A DNA stretch of 64,000 nt. It comes from Mantamonas sphyraenae STR306 (lineage: Eukaryota > Protista > CRuMs). The DNA lies in NCBI GenBank assembly GCA_026936335.1, contig JAPMXV010000029.1, forward strand, positions 434,001 through 498,000, in the 5' to 3' direction. Shown here in pieces: positions 49,111 through 60,643 of this stretch (positions are counted from its first letter, which is position 1; the number at the start of each line of letters is the position of its first letter). Below the pieces are notes generated by a model that saw only the letters and a list, made by a program, of their open reading frames with translations, searched no databases and was not told the origin of the DNA. A program made the position numbers and the translations under genes.

Positions 49111-51909
49111 ATGCAGCGCACTCCTCGCAAGGCCTCCCTCAACCCAAAGCGCAAGAAGCCCGACTATGGCGACGGCAGCGACGACGACGACGACTTGATC
49201 GGCCAGGACAGCGGCGACGAGTTTGTCCTGGACGACGTCGCTGCCGACGACCTTGACGACGACGACGACGACGACTTTTCCGACGACGACATGTGGGTGT
49301 CCTCGTCCTCGTCGTCCAAGTCCAGGGCCAAAGGCAAGGCAAAGGCCAAGGCAAGCAGGCGTTCGCCCTCCAAACAGCCTAGCAAGAAGCGCCAGCGTGT
49401 CGAGAGCACGCGCCTCCGCGCACGAAACCCTGCTCAGTTCTTTAAAGAGTACGGCCTCTCTGCTGTTGCCCACCTCCCGCATGCCGTCTCTCACACTCGT
49501 TCCTCATCCTCCCCTCCCCCCAAATTTGCTTGTTCAGGAACAAGGGCATTGCTGGCTTTGACAATGTGGGTGCTTTTGTGGCCGAACCGCGCTGATCGCT
49601 CACCTTTTGCTGACACGCGCCTTCCCTTGCGGTATCGCCACCTGCAGCCCGGCAAGTCACTGTACACCACCGTGCGCGAGTTTGTGGAAAACTCTCTTGA
49701 CGCCGCAGAGACCATTGGCCAGCTGCCGGACATCGAGCTGAGCATGTGCGTTTGTGTGACACGGTGCTTGAGTGACGGCCGCCTCTCCCTCCTCCTCCTC
49801 GCACCTTGTGCACAATTAGACACTCACACCTTGCGTCCCTGCATGGCCAATACGGGTTAATGCGCGCACACACGTCACCACAGCATTCAGCTCACCGCCA
49901 AGGAAGAGAAGGAACGTCTCGCAAGCGCACGCGTTCGCCAGAAAGATCTCTCTCTGTACAAGACCGAGCTGGTGGCCGGCGACGACACGCAAGATAACGC
50001 ATCCGAGACACCCGACGCCGAATCGTCCGATGCAAACGCCTCCTCAAGCAGCAAAGGCAGCAGCAAACGAAACACAACGGGACGCGAGGCAAACGAGCGC
50101 TTCTTCATTGTGCGCTGCAAGGACAATGGTGTGGGCATGCCGCACGACCAAATCCCAGAAATGCTCGGTGTCGTGCTCAGCGGCACAAAGTATGGCCTGC
50201 GGCAGACACGGGGCAAGTTTGGACTGGGTGCAAAGATGGCCCTTATCTGGAGCAAGATGTCCACCCGGCTGCCCATTGAGGTCACGTCTGCCCAGGTGGG
50301 TTCAAAAACCATCAGCTACTGCAAACTGGACATGGACATTGCCAACAACAGGCCGCTGGTCATCGAACACACGCAAACGCCCAATCCCGACCGCTGGCAC
50401 GGCACATGCATCGAAGTCACCATCAAGGGCAACTACAAATCCTACCAACACTACATCAAAACCTACATGCGCCAGCTGGCTGTCATTACGCCCTACGCAC
50501 GCTTCGACTATCGCTTCTACACGTCGGCCAAGCCGGATGCCGAGCCGCGACAGCATACGCGCTTCCACAGGCGCACAGACAACATGCCCGACCCGCCCAC
50601 TGACGCAAAGTACCACCCCAGCTGCCTACTCAAGGATGAGCTCCTGCTCTCTCAGCTCATGCGGCAGCACATTGAACTTGACCTCGATCCCGAGCTCCAG
50701 GGCTTCCTGCAGGAGCAATTTTGCAGCATCAATCGCGACAAAGCTCGCAAGATCGTCAAGGAACTGCGGCTGAACGAGGACGTGCTCCTCGACGAGCTCA
50801 GTGACAGCGACAAGGAAAAGCTGGCGAACCTGCTCAAGGACAGCCACTTTGCACAGGCGCCTTCTGAGCCTCTCAGCCCCGCAGGCGAGTACAACCTGCG
50901 CCTGGGCATCATGAAAGAACTCAACCCGGACTGGGTGGCCACACACACGAGCCGCTGCCGCATGTTTGACGGCCATCCGTTTATTGTCGAGGCAGCGGTC
51001 TCGCTTGGGGGCAACGAGACAAAGCCTGGCATTAAGCTCTACCGCTTCGCAAACCGCATTCCATTGCTCTTTGAAGGCGGCAACGACGTGGCGCAGCGCG
51101 TGGCAAACGACATCTCATGGGGATTGTACAAGATCAAGCAGGCATCGGACAAGGTGGGCGTGTTTGTGTCCATTGTGTCCACCAAGATCCCGTTCAAAGG
51201 GACGGGCAAGGAATACATCGGCAGCGACAGCAAGGAGATTGCAGACGAGGTGGAGCGATGCATCAAGACCTGCTGCAAACAGCTCAAGGAGAAGCTGAGC
51301 CGCAAGGAGGCCATGGAGAAACAGCGCAAGCGCAAAGCAGACCTTACCAAGCATGTGCGCAGTGTGAGCTCCTCCATGCACGCTGTGCTCACAGCCATGG
51401 CCACCCGGCATGCAGAGGCTCCCCAGGAGGCTGCCGACGAGGCACCGTTCCTGACGCAGCTTGTGGCTGCTGATCCAACGCAACAAAAGAGCACCATGGA
51501 CATCCCCAAGGAACTGCGCGACAAGAAGGCGCTGGAGCTGGCGCGGCAAGTGGAGCAGCGCCTGATCACAACCAAAGTGCTGGCCACGCAGCTGAAGGAC
51601 TACGTGGAGCGGATCGACGTGGAGGAAATGATGACGTTTACCTCAGGCAAGCGCAACGCCCAGAACACACTGGCCATCTTTGTGCCAGCTCGCGTGGAGG
51701 ACGAAGAAGAGGGCAACGGGCGTGTTCGGGACGACGCGACGGGCACCGACGACGGGCACAACAAGGACGACGAGGAGGATGACGAGGAGGATGACGAGGC
51801 AAAGGGACTGGATGCAGTGAAGAGAGAGCGTGCAAAGCAATACGAGGCAGCAGTGGCGCACCCGCTGGGCGTGGTGCAGCTGCGCAGGTGGGCACAAACC
51901 ACGGAATAG
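49111..51909 (+). CDS. TOP6B: DNA topoisomerase VI subunit B (archaeal/plant type); introns ~49450-49647 and ~49747-49883
   Basis: PAQFFKE|..GKSLYTTVREFVENSLDAAE, CKDNGVGMPH..VLSGTKYGLRQTRGKFGLGAKMALIWSKMST (GHKL), LSPAGEYNLRLG, RFANRIPLLFEGG.DV, VSTKIPFKGTGKEYI. Confidence 0.95.
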
Positions 51910-51929
51910 AGCCCGTTTTTTCGACACAG

Positions 51930-54914
51930 ATGTTTGGAGTGGGTGGCACGTATGCCAACTATGCAGGCGGCAAAACCACAGGCTTTGCTGCTTCCAAAGA
52001 GGTGCGTTAACCACACACGGCGCCCGGCTGGATGGATTTGTGTTTCCATCCCAACTTCAGCCTGGGCATGCCCTGCATACCATTCGCACGCATGCAGATG
52101 ACACCACAGGGAGTAAACCCGTGTGCGCATGCAGTTTGACCAGCTTGTGGAGCCACTGCGTGTGCATGGCCCAAACACGAGGGTGTTGGCGCCCTTTTTT
52201 CCACGGCGAGCTGCAACGCGCGTCCTGACAAGGTCCCCTCCACACACGCACGCAGAACGGAAACGCCTCGGACGACGAGGATGACTTGTACAAGTGAGTG
52301 ATGCAACGTTCATGCAAGTGGGATGGGCGAGACAAGGGCTGGGTGGCCTGTCCTGCGGCGTGGCTTTGCCACAGCCGAACCGTTACGCGCGCTCAGCCCG
52401 ATCGCGTTCCATGGCTTTCCACGCGCCTGGGGACTGCCGATGCACACAGGTGCACTGACACCAACCTCACCGCACCCGAAACACGTTCTTGCACCCATGA
52501 CCACTGTCTGTCTAGCTTCCAATCTGTGCCCGCGGGATCTATGAGCTCGTCGATGGCGGCAAACGGCTCGAGCGACGCACAGGTTCCGCACGGCCCCGGC
52601 ATGGGTGGCATGGGCGGCATGGGCGGTATGGGCATGGGCATGGGCATGGGTATGGGATCGGTTTATGCACAACGCATGGGCACAGCACAGCGTATGGGAA
52701 CAGCACAGCGCATGGGAACAGGGCGCGTGAGCACAGCGGTGGCTTCGGACGGAAACATGGCACGTCCCATGACGGCCAACCGAGCCATGGGCTACTCGTC
52801 GCAAATGTTTGACCCGCTCAACCAGGGAGCAGGCGGCCAGGCGGTGTTGAAGAAAGCAGAGGTGACAAGCGAGGACCAAGCCAGGCAGATGGAAGCAAAG
52901 GTGAACCTGCTGATTGAACAAAGCGCCGAAGCCAAGGTCAAGGGCGAGCTGGGTACGTTTGAGAAAGCGAAAGAGAGAGAGAGAGAGAGAGAGAGGCAGA
53001 AGAGCTGACGTTTGTTGACACTTCCGCAACGGCCGCACAGCCAAGGCCTTGGACAAGGCCAAGGAAGCAGCCAAGTTGGAGCGAGTGCTGCAGAAGCACA
53101 GGGAGAAGCACCACCTGGAGGAGCAAAGCAACATTGACCTGACCTATTCAGTACGCTTCACCATGGCCAACATGCTGCACGCCAACAAGATGTACGACGA
53201 CGCGTTGGAAACGTACAGCGACATTGTGCGCAACAAGAACTACGCGAGCGCAGGGCGACTGCGGGTCAACATGGGCAACATTTACTACGAGCAAGAACAA
53301 TACGACAAAGCCATCAAGATGTACCACATGGCCCTGGACCAGATCCCCAACACGGGACGTGAAATCCGCTACATGATTCTGCGCAACGTTGGCAACGCCT
53401 ACGTCCGCCTGGGCGACTTTCAGGAGGCCATCCTGCAGTATGAGGGCATCATGGACGGCAGCCCTGACATTCGCACGGGATTTAACTTGATCATCTGCTA
53501 CTACGCCCTGGGCGATGCGCAGAAGATGTCGTATGCGTTTGAGCGGCTGCTTGAGGTTCGCCTGACCGGATCGGACAACTTTGAGGAGGAGGAGGAGCTG
53601 GGGGACGCGGAGGACACACACAACGACGCCTTGCACAAGGAGATGCGTGAGAGGCGCGAGGAGGCAGCGCAGATGGTGGTGCAATCGGCCAAGCTCATTG
53701 CGCCTGTGTTGGGACGCACAATTGCCGAGGGCTTTGACTTTGTCATCCAATGCGTGCGCCAGTCGTCCATGTACGAGGACATTGTGCACGAGTTGGAAAT
53801 CCTCAAGGCCATCACGTTTCTGAAAAAGAAGAAGTATCAGGACGCCATCGAAACGCTCAAGTCCTTTGAGAAACAGGACACGCGACTGCAGGCCATTGCG
53901 TCCACGAACCTGTCCTTCCTCTACTTCCTGGAGGGCGATCACAAGAACGCAACACGCCACGCCGAAACCGCAGTGGCGTCGAACCGGTACAACGCCAAGG
54001 CGCTGGTGAACCGAGGCAACTGCTACATGGTGGCCAAGAACTACGAGCTGGCTCGTGAGATGTACACCAACGCCATCAGCGTGGATGCAGAGTGCATGGA
54101 GGCGTTCTACAACCTGGGTCTGGCCTGCAAGAAGCTAGCCATGTACGAGGACGCGCTGGCTGCGTTTGACAAGCTCAACAGCATCCATCCCAACAATGCC
54201 GAGGTGCTGCACCAGATTGCCACGCTGCACGACATGATGGGCGACGTGCAGTCTGCGCTGGAGGTGTTTACCATCCTGATTTCGCTGGTGCCCACAGATC
54301 CGCAGGTGCTGGCACGCGTGGGCGAGCTGTACAACAAGATTGGTGAGGAGTCGCTGGCCCTGCAGTTTTACCTGGAGTCGCACCGGTACTATCCAGTCGA
54401 CATCGAGGTCATCTCCTTCCTGGGTTCGTACTATCTGCAATGCGGCGTGTTTGAAAAGGCTATTGGGTTCTTTGAGCAGGCAGCACAAATTCAGCCCGAG
54501 AAGGTGGTGTGGCCGTTGCGCATTGCAAAGTGCCAGACGCAGCACAAGGACAGGCAGGGGGCACTGCGCACACTGGAGCGGGCAAACGGCAAGTTCCCAA
54601 ACAACGCCGACTGCCTGCTGCAACTGATCAAGGTCTGCGAGTCGTTGAGTCTGAACGAAAAGGCACGCGAGTACAAGCAGCAGTGGCAGCAGATCGACCG
54701 TCGTGGAGGCGGATCAGGCAGCATGGGCGACACCGACGACGGCATGGGCTTTGGCAGCAAGGTGAACAGCTCGTTTGGCCAGGGCAGCAGCGGTGGAAAC
54801 CGCACCTCGCAGTCGGCCACGTACTCGCCCGGCTCAAGGCATGGCAGTGGTGGGAGCAGCAGTGGCTTTGGCAGCTTGGCAGCCGGATCGTCGTCGTCGT
54901 CGTCGACGATCACC

Positions 54915-54952
<38 letters not shown>

Positions 54953-55256
54953 CATCCGCAGTTCGCCGTCGGATTCGTTCAAGGTCGATACGGTCAAGGC
55001 CCCGTCGTCATCGTACAGCATGGGCGAGTCGTCCACGTCGTCGGGAAGCAATGGCTATTCCAACAGTGGGACGAGTAGCAGTGGAAGCGGAGGAATGGGC
55101 ATGCGCTCATCGCCAATCGAGCGCAAAACCAACAAGTACGGCGCAAGCAACGGAAGCAAGATGGGCAACAGCATGGCTCCACCGCCCGAGGAGGAAGACG
55201 ATGACGACGATGGTCTCTTTGATGACGACGACGTTGATGGAATGTTGGACTTTTGA
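51930..55256 (+). CDS. IFT88: Intraflagellar transport protein 88; exons 51930-52001, 52256-52293, 52516-52952, 53041-55256
   Basis: DDEDDLY N-terminal motif, ARPMTANRAMGYSS..FDPLNQ, ALDKAKEA, GRLRVNMGNIY, YNAKALVNRGN, TPR array; exon 1 is inferred from in-phase splice sites. Confidence 0.93.
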
Positions 55257-55340
55257 TGAAATGAACGGAGCAAACAAGAAAGAGAGAGAGAGGGAGAGAG
55301 AGAGAGAGAGTGTGTGTGTGTCCAATCTCTTGTGCATTCT

Positions 55341-56601
55341 TTACACAATGGTGCTCGACGAGCTGGCAATCTTGGGCCACAGCTCAGCGCACTCCTTGGC
55401 CACCGGACCGTTCACCACAGAGCCCTTCATCTCGCCCTTGTTGTTCACGATCACACCAGCGTTGTCTGTGCGTCACATCCCATCCCATCAAACATCCATT
55501 TCCAACCCAAACTGCGTCAGCACTCTGCCACTCTACACACCACACACACAGCTGCCACACCTGCCCGCCTTCATGCACAGCCCTCAAAAACCATCTCTCA
55601 CACCCGCCCCATTTCACCACCGCCACGTGCACATTCAACACGGCACACCGCCTCTTCCATGTGTGCTTTCCAACACACGCACCACCCGTCCCGTCCACCA
55701 CTGGGTCTCCACGCTGGTTGTGGCTCAGCCCCGAAAGATGATTGTGTTTTGGGGTTCTCAATCACGCTTTGGCGGGTCTGGACAAACAGCCCAGGAAAAA
55801 CCCTCAGTCACGCTGTTCTAATCATCGCCCGCCAGCAGAGACCCCATCCACACACCATCTGCACCCAATCCACCCATCCACCCCATCCCATGCACTCCTG
55901 TCCCCTTCACTCGCCTCCTTCCCTTCGTTTCCCTCTTCCTCCCCGCCGCCGCCATGCACTTTGCTCCCACGCCCAAACTCACCCTCAAAGTAAAGGTACA
56001 CGCCGTCCTTGCGGCGCCATGCCTTGCGCTGGCGCACAACCACTGCAGGCCACACTGTGTACACACTCCATGTGTCAGGTTTCTCTCCTCCGTCTTCTTT
56101 CCTCTGCCCTTTCCTCTCCCGTCTCTCGCCCTCGCATGCAAAAAACACGCCCCTCCACAAACACCCCTCCCACCCTTCTCCCTGGCCTCCGTCTCCCTCC
56201 CACGTCTCCACACCACATCCCACATACCCTTCTTCCTCAGGTCGGGCTTGCCCTTCTTCACCGTAGCCATCACCAGGTCCCCAGCCGCAGCAGAAGGCAT
56301 GCGGTTCAGGCGGCCCTTCACGCCGACCACAGCAATGATGTACAGGTTCTTGGCACCGCTGTTGTCAGCGCAGTTGATCAGGGCTGCGTTGGGCAGACCC
56401 AGAGTCATGCGGAATTTGTGTCCGGTGGCACCACCACGTCCTCGCTTGCTCACTGCAAATTTCCAAAACCCCGCTTCCGCGTCAGCGTTTCCCACTCTTT
56501 GCCCTCCCTACTGTGCGCTGTATCATTGCACGTGCTGCTCAACACGACTGGGCGTGTATGTGTGTGCGTGTGTGTGTGCGTGTGTGGACATGCAACGTAC
56601 T
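55341..56601 (-). CDS. RPL23: 60S ribosomal protein L23 (uL14), copy 1; 4 exons, ATG split by intron 1
   Basis: [55 protein letters not shown]|[14 protein letters not shown]|[16 protein letters not shown]. Confidence 0.96.
55721..55834 (-). ncRNA. Intronic box C/D snoRNA, snR39B/SNORD2-type, copy 1
   Basis: Mirror copy of 61414-61527; guide AAUCAUCUUUCGGG before D box CUGA. Confidence 0.8.
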
Positions 56602-56790
56602 GTTTTTGCTACTGTTGAGTTTTTGGTTGGGTACGGGGTGGCAGAGGTGGGCGTGCGGGAATGTGTGCGTGGATGGGAGAATGGAGTGGCGGGGAGGGAG
56701 GAGAACATGACCAAGAAGGGAGTTGGGTAATGTGGGGTGCCGTGGTTGTTCACGTTGATGCAGGAATCAGTGCTGTTGTTTCTTCCTCGG

Positions 56791-58367
56791 TCACTCTCGC
56801 TTCAGCAGGTTTGTGGACGTCCTTTGACTCTTGAGCTTGCGTTCTTCAATGTCCCGTAGGTTGGGCAGCTTCTTGCCCTTGCTGTTGAGCTGTTTGGCGC
56901 GTTCTCTTCGCGAGCGCGCTACACCGTACCACAACTGCAGGATGTAAATGATGAAAGAGAGGATGACGAGAGCAGACATGGCCATATCCATGTAAAACGA
57001 GAGTTCTGGGTTGTTCCAGACGCGAGTGATCCAGTTGGAAAGGACGTTCTCGACGCCACCGATGAAAAGCAGCAGCATGGTCAGGTACAGGTAGTGGTCC
57101 ACGATGGTCGTGTAGCTGATCTTTGGCAAGTGATCCGCTATAACGAATTTGAATGCAATGGATGCCAGAAACAGAGTGAGAATGATGACCATGCGGTCGG
57201 CGAGGAGGTTCGCGTCGACAAAGTACGTTGTTGCGCTGAGGACGGTGATCATGGCGTTGATACCACCCACATTCCACAGATAGTATTGGGGTTTGCGTGT
57301 GGCAGGCACCAGGATGCGGTATTTGATGTACACGTTGCCAGAGCCCGAAGTCTTCGGGTCCGAAGTGTGGATGGTACGCCTGGGTTTCTCCAGAATCCAG
57401 TCTGGGATGAAAAAGTCCTTGCGCATGGCACTCACACGGATCTTGCTGTCCACGAGGTTGACGGTTGTGGTTTTGCCCTGCCACAGGGTAGTGCTGGCGC
57501 CCGAGTTCTTTCCCGCTGTGTAGGGCCAACGCGAAGCGATGACGATGGGCAGGTCGTGTGCGTCGAAAGGAAACTGCTTGAGGTCAAAGTGAAGGTACAG
57601 AAGGCCACGAAAGCGCATGTTGTACGTGACGTTGCCCTGTTTGGTCATGCCGTGCACACGAAGCGGCTGATGGACAAAGTCGAGCATCTTCAGGTCGATG
57701 GCGTTGTCGATCTTCAGCTGAGGCGTCCACACCTGGTCCCAGTCCACCTCTTCCGTGGATTTGCCCTCCAGGGTGTCGTCTCGCCAGGTTGCGGAGATGA
57801 AAAAGTCGCAGTTGAACGTTTGCGTGGCCACATTGACGTCGCTGATGCGGTTGATGAGGAAGGAGATGGCCACTTTGGTGCGCTCCTCCTCTGCTGCCGC
57901 CATCTCAGCGTAGTCAGTGGGAGCCCTGCGTGTGCTGCCACGGCCGTAGCGATATTTCAGCGTCCCGGACGTTGCGCATTGTTTTTGGCCTTGCGTGCGC
58001 TGTTGGAGTCTGCAGAGGCATTGGATGCGTCGCTGCCCCTGCGCAAGGTCCCGTAGCCGTTGTCCAGCGTGTCGAGCTCGTCGGTCTCTTGGATCAGCTC
58101 TGGTTGCGAGTCGGTGGACGGCAGGCGCCCTGTGCGAGTCGTGCCCACGCTCAGCTGCGGCAGTTCCCCGAGCGTGTCGGACGACTCTGTGTCGTCGTCG
58201 CCGTTTTCGTCCTCTTCGTCGTTGCCTTCACGGCTGCTGTCATCGTTATCGTCGTCGTCATCATCCACTCGGAGGCTGACGCTCTGCAGGGCAACGTTGT
58301 CGCCCGAGTCCCCTTCTTCTTCTTCCGGAGGAGGCGGCGGCGGCACTGCTTCGTCTGTGTCTGACAT
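56791..58367 (-). CDS. Cys-less pentameric ligand-gated ion channel (GLIC/ELIC-like); acidic N-terminal extension joined across a 1-nt frame break at ~57975
   Basis: I..ISDVN...QTFNCDF....WRD, WTPQL.IDN, FDLKQFPFD.H (Pro-loop without cysteines), pre-M1 RKPQYYLWN, 4 TM helices, LPKISY.T..D.Y. Confidence 0.88.
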
Positions 58368-58599
58368 CAACGATTGGGTGTGCTCCACGCAGTGTGCTGG
58401 AGTGTGGGTCAGAGCACAAGGCTTTGTTGGACACAATGATTGCATGCCCCGGTGCAATCACCCCAATCCACCAAAAAAACCACAGGTGTGTCGTCCCTTG
58501 TGTCCGTTTGGCCGATTTGCTCCGCATTCCATGCTGACTCTGTTCCCCACCTTGTGCCAAACCGTTTCCTGCATTGCCTTTGCCCGTCCCACAGAAAGA

Positions 58600-59605
58600 A
58601 TGTCTGTCACTCAGCTTCGCTCCTCCCTGTTCCGCACCGCCACCCGCGGCGTTTCTTCGTCAGGTGAGTTTCCGAAATCCTTCCAGTCATGGTGCCCCCT
58701 CGCATCAAGCCACACCCTCCTCCCCACAGCGCTCGCACTGCGCGCGTCCTTTGCTTGCCCCTGCTTCCATAGCAGGTTGCCGAATCCATTGTGCTTGCCC
58801 GGCTGTGGCGTCCGGAGACCTCCGGCTTGGCTTCGCGCCTCCACCGGCCGAATTTTCCCTCCCGTTTGCCGGGCCTGTGCACCGCCATGTAGTCTTGTTG
58901 AGACGATTGTCACGGCACCACCCGTGTTGCATGTTGTCTGTCGGCATGTAATTCCCCTATGCGACCGTGGCAGGTCATGGTGCAGGCGAGAGACGCAGAA
59001 ACGTCGCTGTTGTGAGGCCTTGCATGCCTTGGCGCGTTGGGCCGCGCCTACGTCGCGCAGGGGAATCATGCGGGTCCATGCTCATGGTTTCCGTCAGGAA
59101 AGCTGGCAAGACTGTGCATTGGTCCAGGTGCAGGTGTGGGAGACGGCCTCGATGGAGCATGGGGAGGCTCTGCGGAGTTTTTGGCGGGTCGGTCCGGACG
59201 AAGTTTCCGGAAAGGACGACGCTCAAACGCGACACAGACACAAACTGACACCAACGGGCACTGGGGTTTGTGTGGCACACAGCTTCCGTGATGTCGACTG
59301 TGGGCACTGCTGGTGACCACCCGTCCAACGACACGCAGGCCACCGGTATCGAGAAGCTCGAACTGGACGCCGAGAAGAAAGGCACCGAACTGTTCGATAT
59401 GGGTCTGCTGCGCGCTCCCTTTGGAACCGCAGAGGATCCGGTCAAGGTCCAATCTATTTACAACTCGCGCATTGTGGGCTGCACGGGCGGCAGCGGCGAC
59501 GCGGCGCACGACATCCTGTGGTTCGATCTCAAGAAGGGCTCCGACTTCTCCTGCCCCGAGTGCAGCCAGGTGTTTACGCTGACGCCCATGGACGAGGAGA
59601 TGTAA
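58600..59605 (+). CDS. COX5B: Cytochrome c oxidase subunit 5B (yeast Cox4-like); intron 58664-59282
   Basis: Basic/Ser-rich presequence; QATGIEKLEL, PFGTAEDPV.V.S...RIVGCTGG..HDILWF..CPECSQVF. Confidence 0.92.
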
Positions 59606-59641
59606 ATGTAAGAGCTGGGTCTTATTATCTCATCCGCGGGC

Positions 59642-60433
59642 TCATTCCTCGCCTTCATCTCGTCGTGCTGTTGAGTTGCCGATGGCCAGCGACCGCAGAG
59701 AGCCCGATCCACGCCGCTTGCCGTACACGTGGCCGGTGTCCTCAGCCGAAAGGTCCAAACCAGGCGTGTCTGCCTGCAGGGGTGCTTTGCGCATCACCAC
59801 AGGCGACTGCTGCTCGGCCTTGAGGCTGACTCGCGAGGTCACTGTCTTTGCCGAACGTTTCCTTGCCAGGCGCATGCTGTTCGGGTCAAAGTAGACCTGA
59901 AAGTGGGCCAACACGTTGTTTTGACGTTGTATGTACATCGATGGCGCATCCAAATGTTGGATCAACGACCCTTGCGTCGTCCAAGCAATCAGCACCGTCC
60001 AGCTTGCACTTAGACTCCAGCCAGCCCAGTCCCCAAAGAATGCATGCTGACGCCGCACATACCATCCCATCCAACGTGTCAGTCTCATCTTGCCACCTTG
60101 TGGACCGTAACGGACGTGTGGTTGTCCGCGAGGGAGGACGGGCAGGGAAATGGACGCGCGCAGCAGGCGCGGGATTCGCACGCCGTCCAGACCCACGCGC
60201 CGGCTTTACGGGGCGGCAACGCATGCAAGTGCTGCAGGGGGTGGAGGGGAATGTGCAGGACAGACACTCACAATGCTGACCAGAGTGGTGTGGTAGCGGG
60301 AGAGCACGGAATAGGCCGAGGCTGCGATCCACACCACGAGAACAGCAAGCACACGTTGATACACACGCTGTGCTTGTTTTAGTTCCATGTAAGTGAACTT
60401 GATGGCCTGTTCAACCACTGCCAAGTCGTCCAT
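59642..60433 (-). CDS. CNEP1R1/TMEM188/Spo7-like nuclear envelope phosphatase regulatory subunit; 1 intron
   Basis: DDLAVVEQAI..Y.EL, two TM helices, then APSMYIQRQNNVLAHFQVYFD resembling the TMEM188 APSII..R.R.VL..YN...D pattern. Confidence 0.6.
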
Positions 60434-60643
60434 CCTCGTTTGGTGATGACGTGGCGACTTGGACTGGCCCGAGAGGCGCTTGAGTCCACACAGGTTCACT
60501 CACGGCACCCCACATTTCCCAACTCCCTTCTTGGTCATGTTCTCCTCCCTCCCCGCCCCTCCATTCTCCCATCCACGCACACATTCCCGCACGCCCACCT
60601 CTGCCACCCCGTACCCAACCAAAAACTCAACAGTAGCAAAAAC

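Larger units (their letters stand above)
55290..56744. repeat. Left arm of a ~1.45-kb inverted repeat (RPL23 duplication)
   Basis: Reverse complement of 60501-61948, including introns and ~140 bp upstream, with scattered SNPs and small indels. Confidence 0.95.

Noticed and set aside
51888-51929. 42-nt GT-AG intron fusing TOP6B to IFT88
   Set aside because: The product would be out of frame with IFT88, and the intron is shorter than the others here
52097-52140. SECIS-like AUGA..AAA hairpin downstream of TOP6B
   Set aside because: It lacks the 3' GA of the quartet, and TOP6B has no in-frame UGA
58940-59075. RNase MRP P4 or telomerase RNA identity for the COX5B intron element
   Set aside because: There is only loose similarity to CR-I/CR-V, in the wrong structural context, and no CCCUAA-type template; left unassigned
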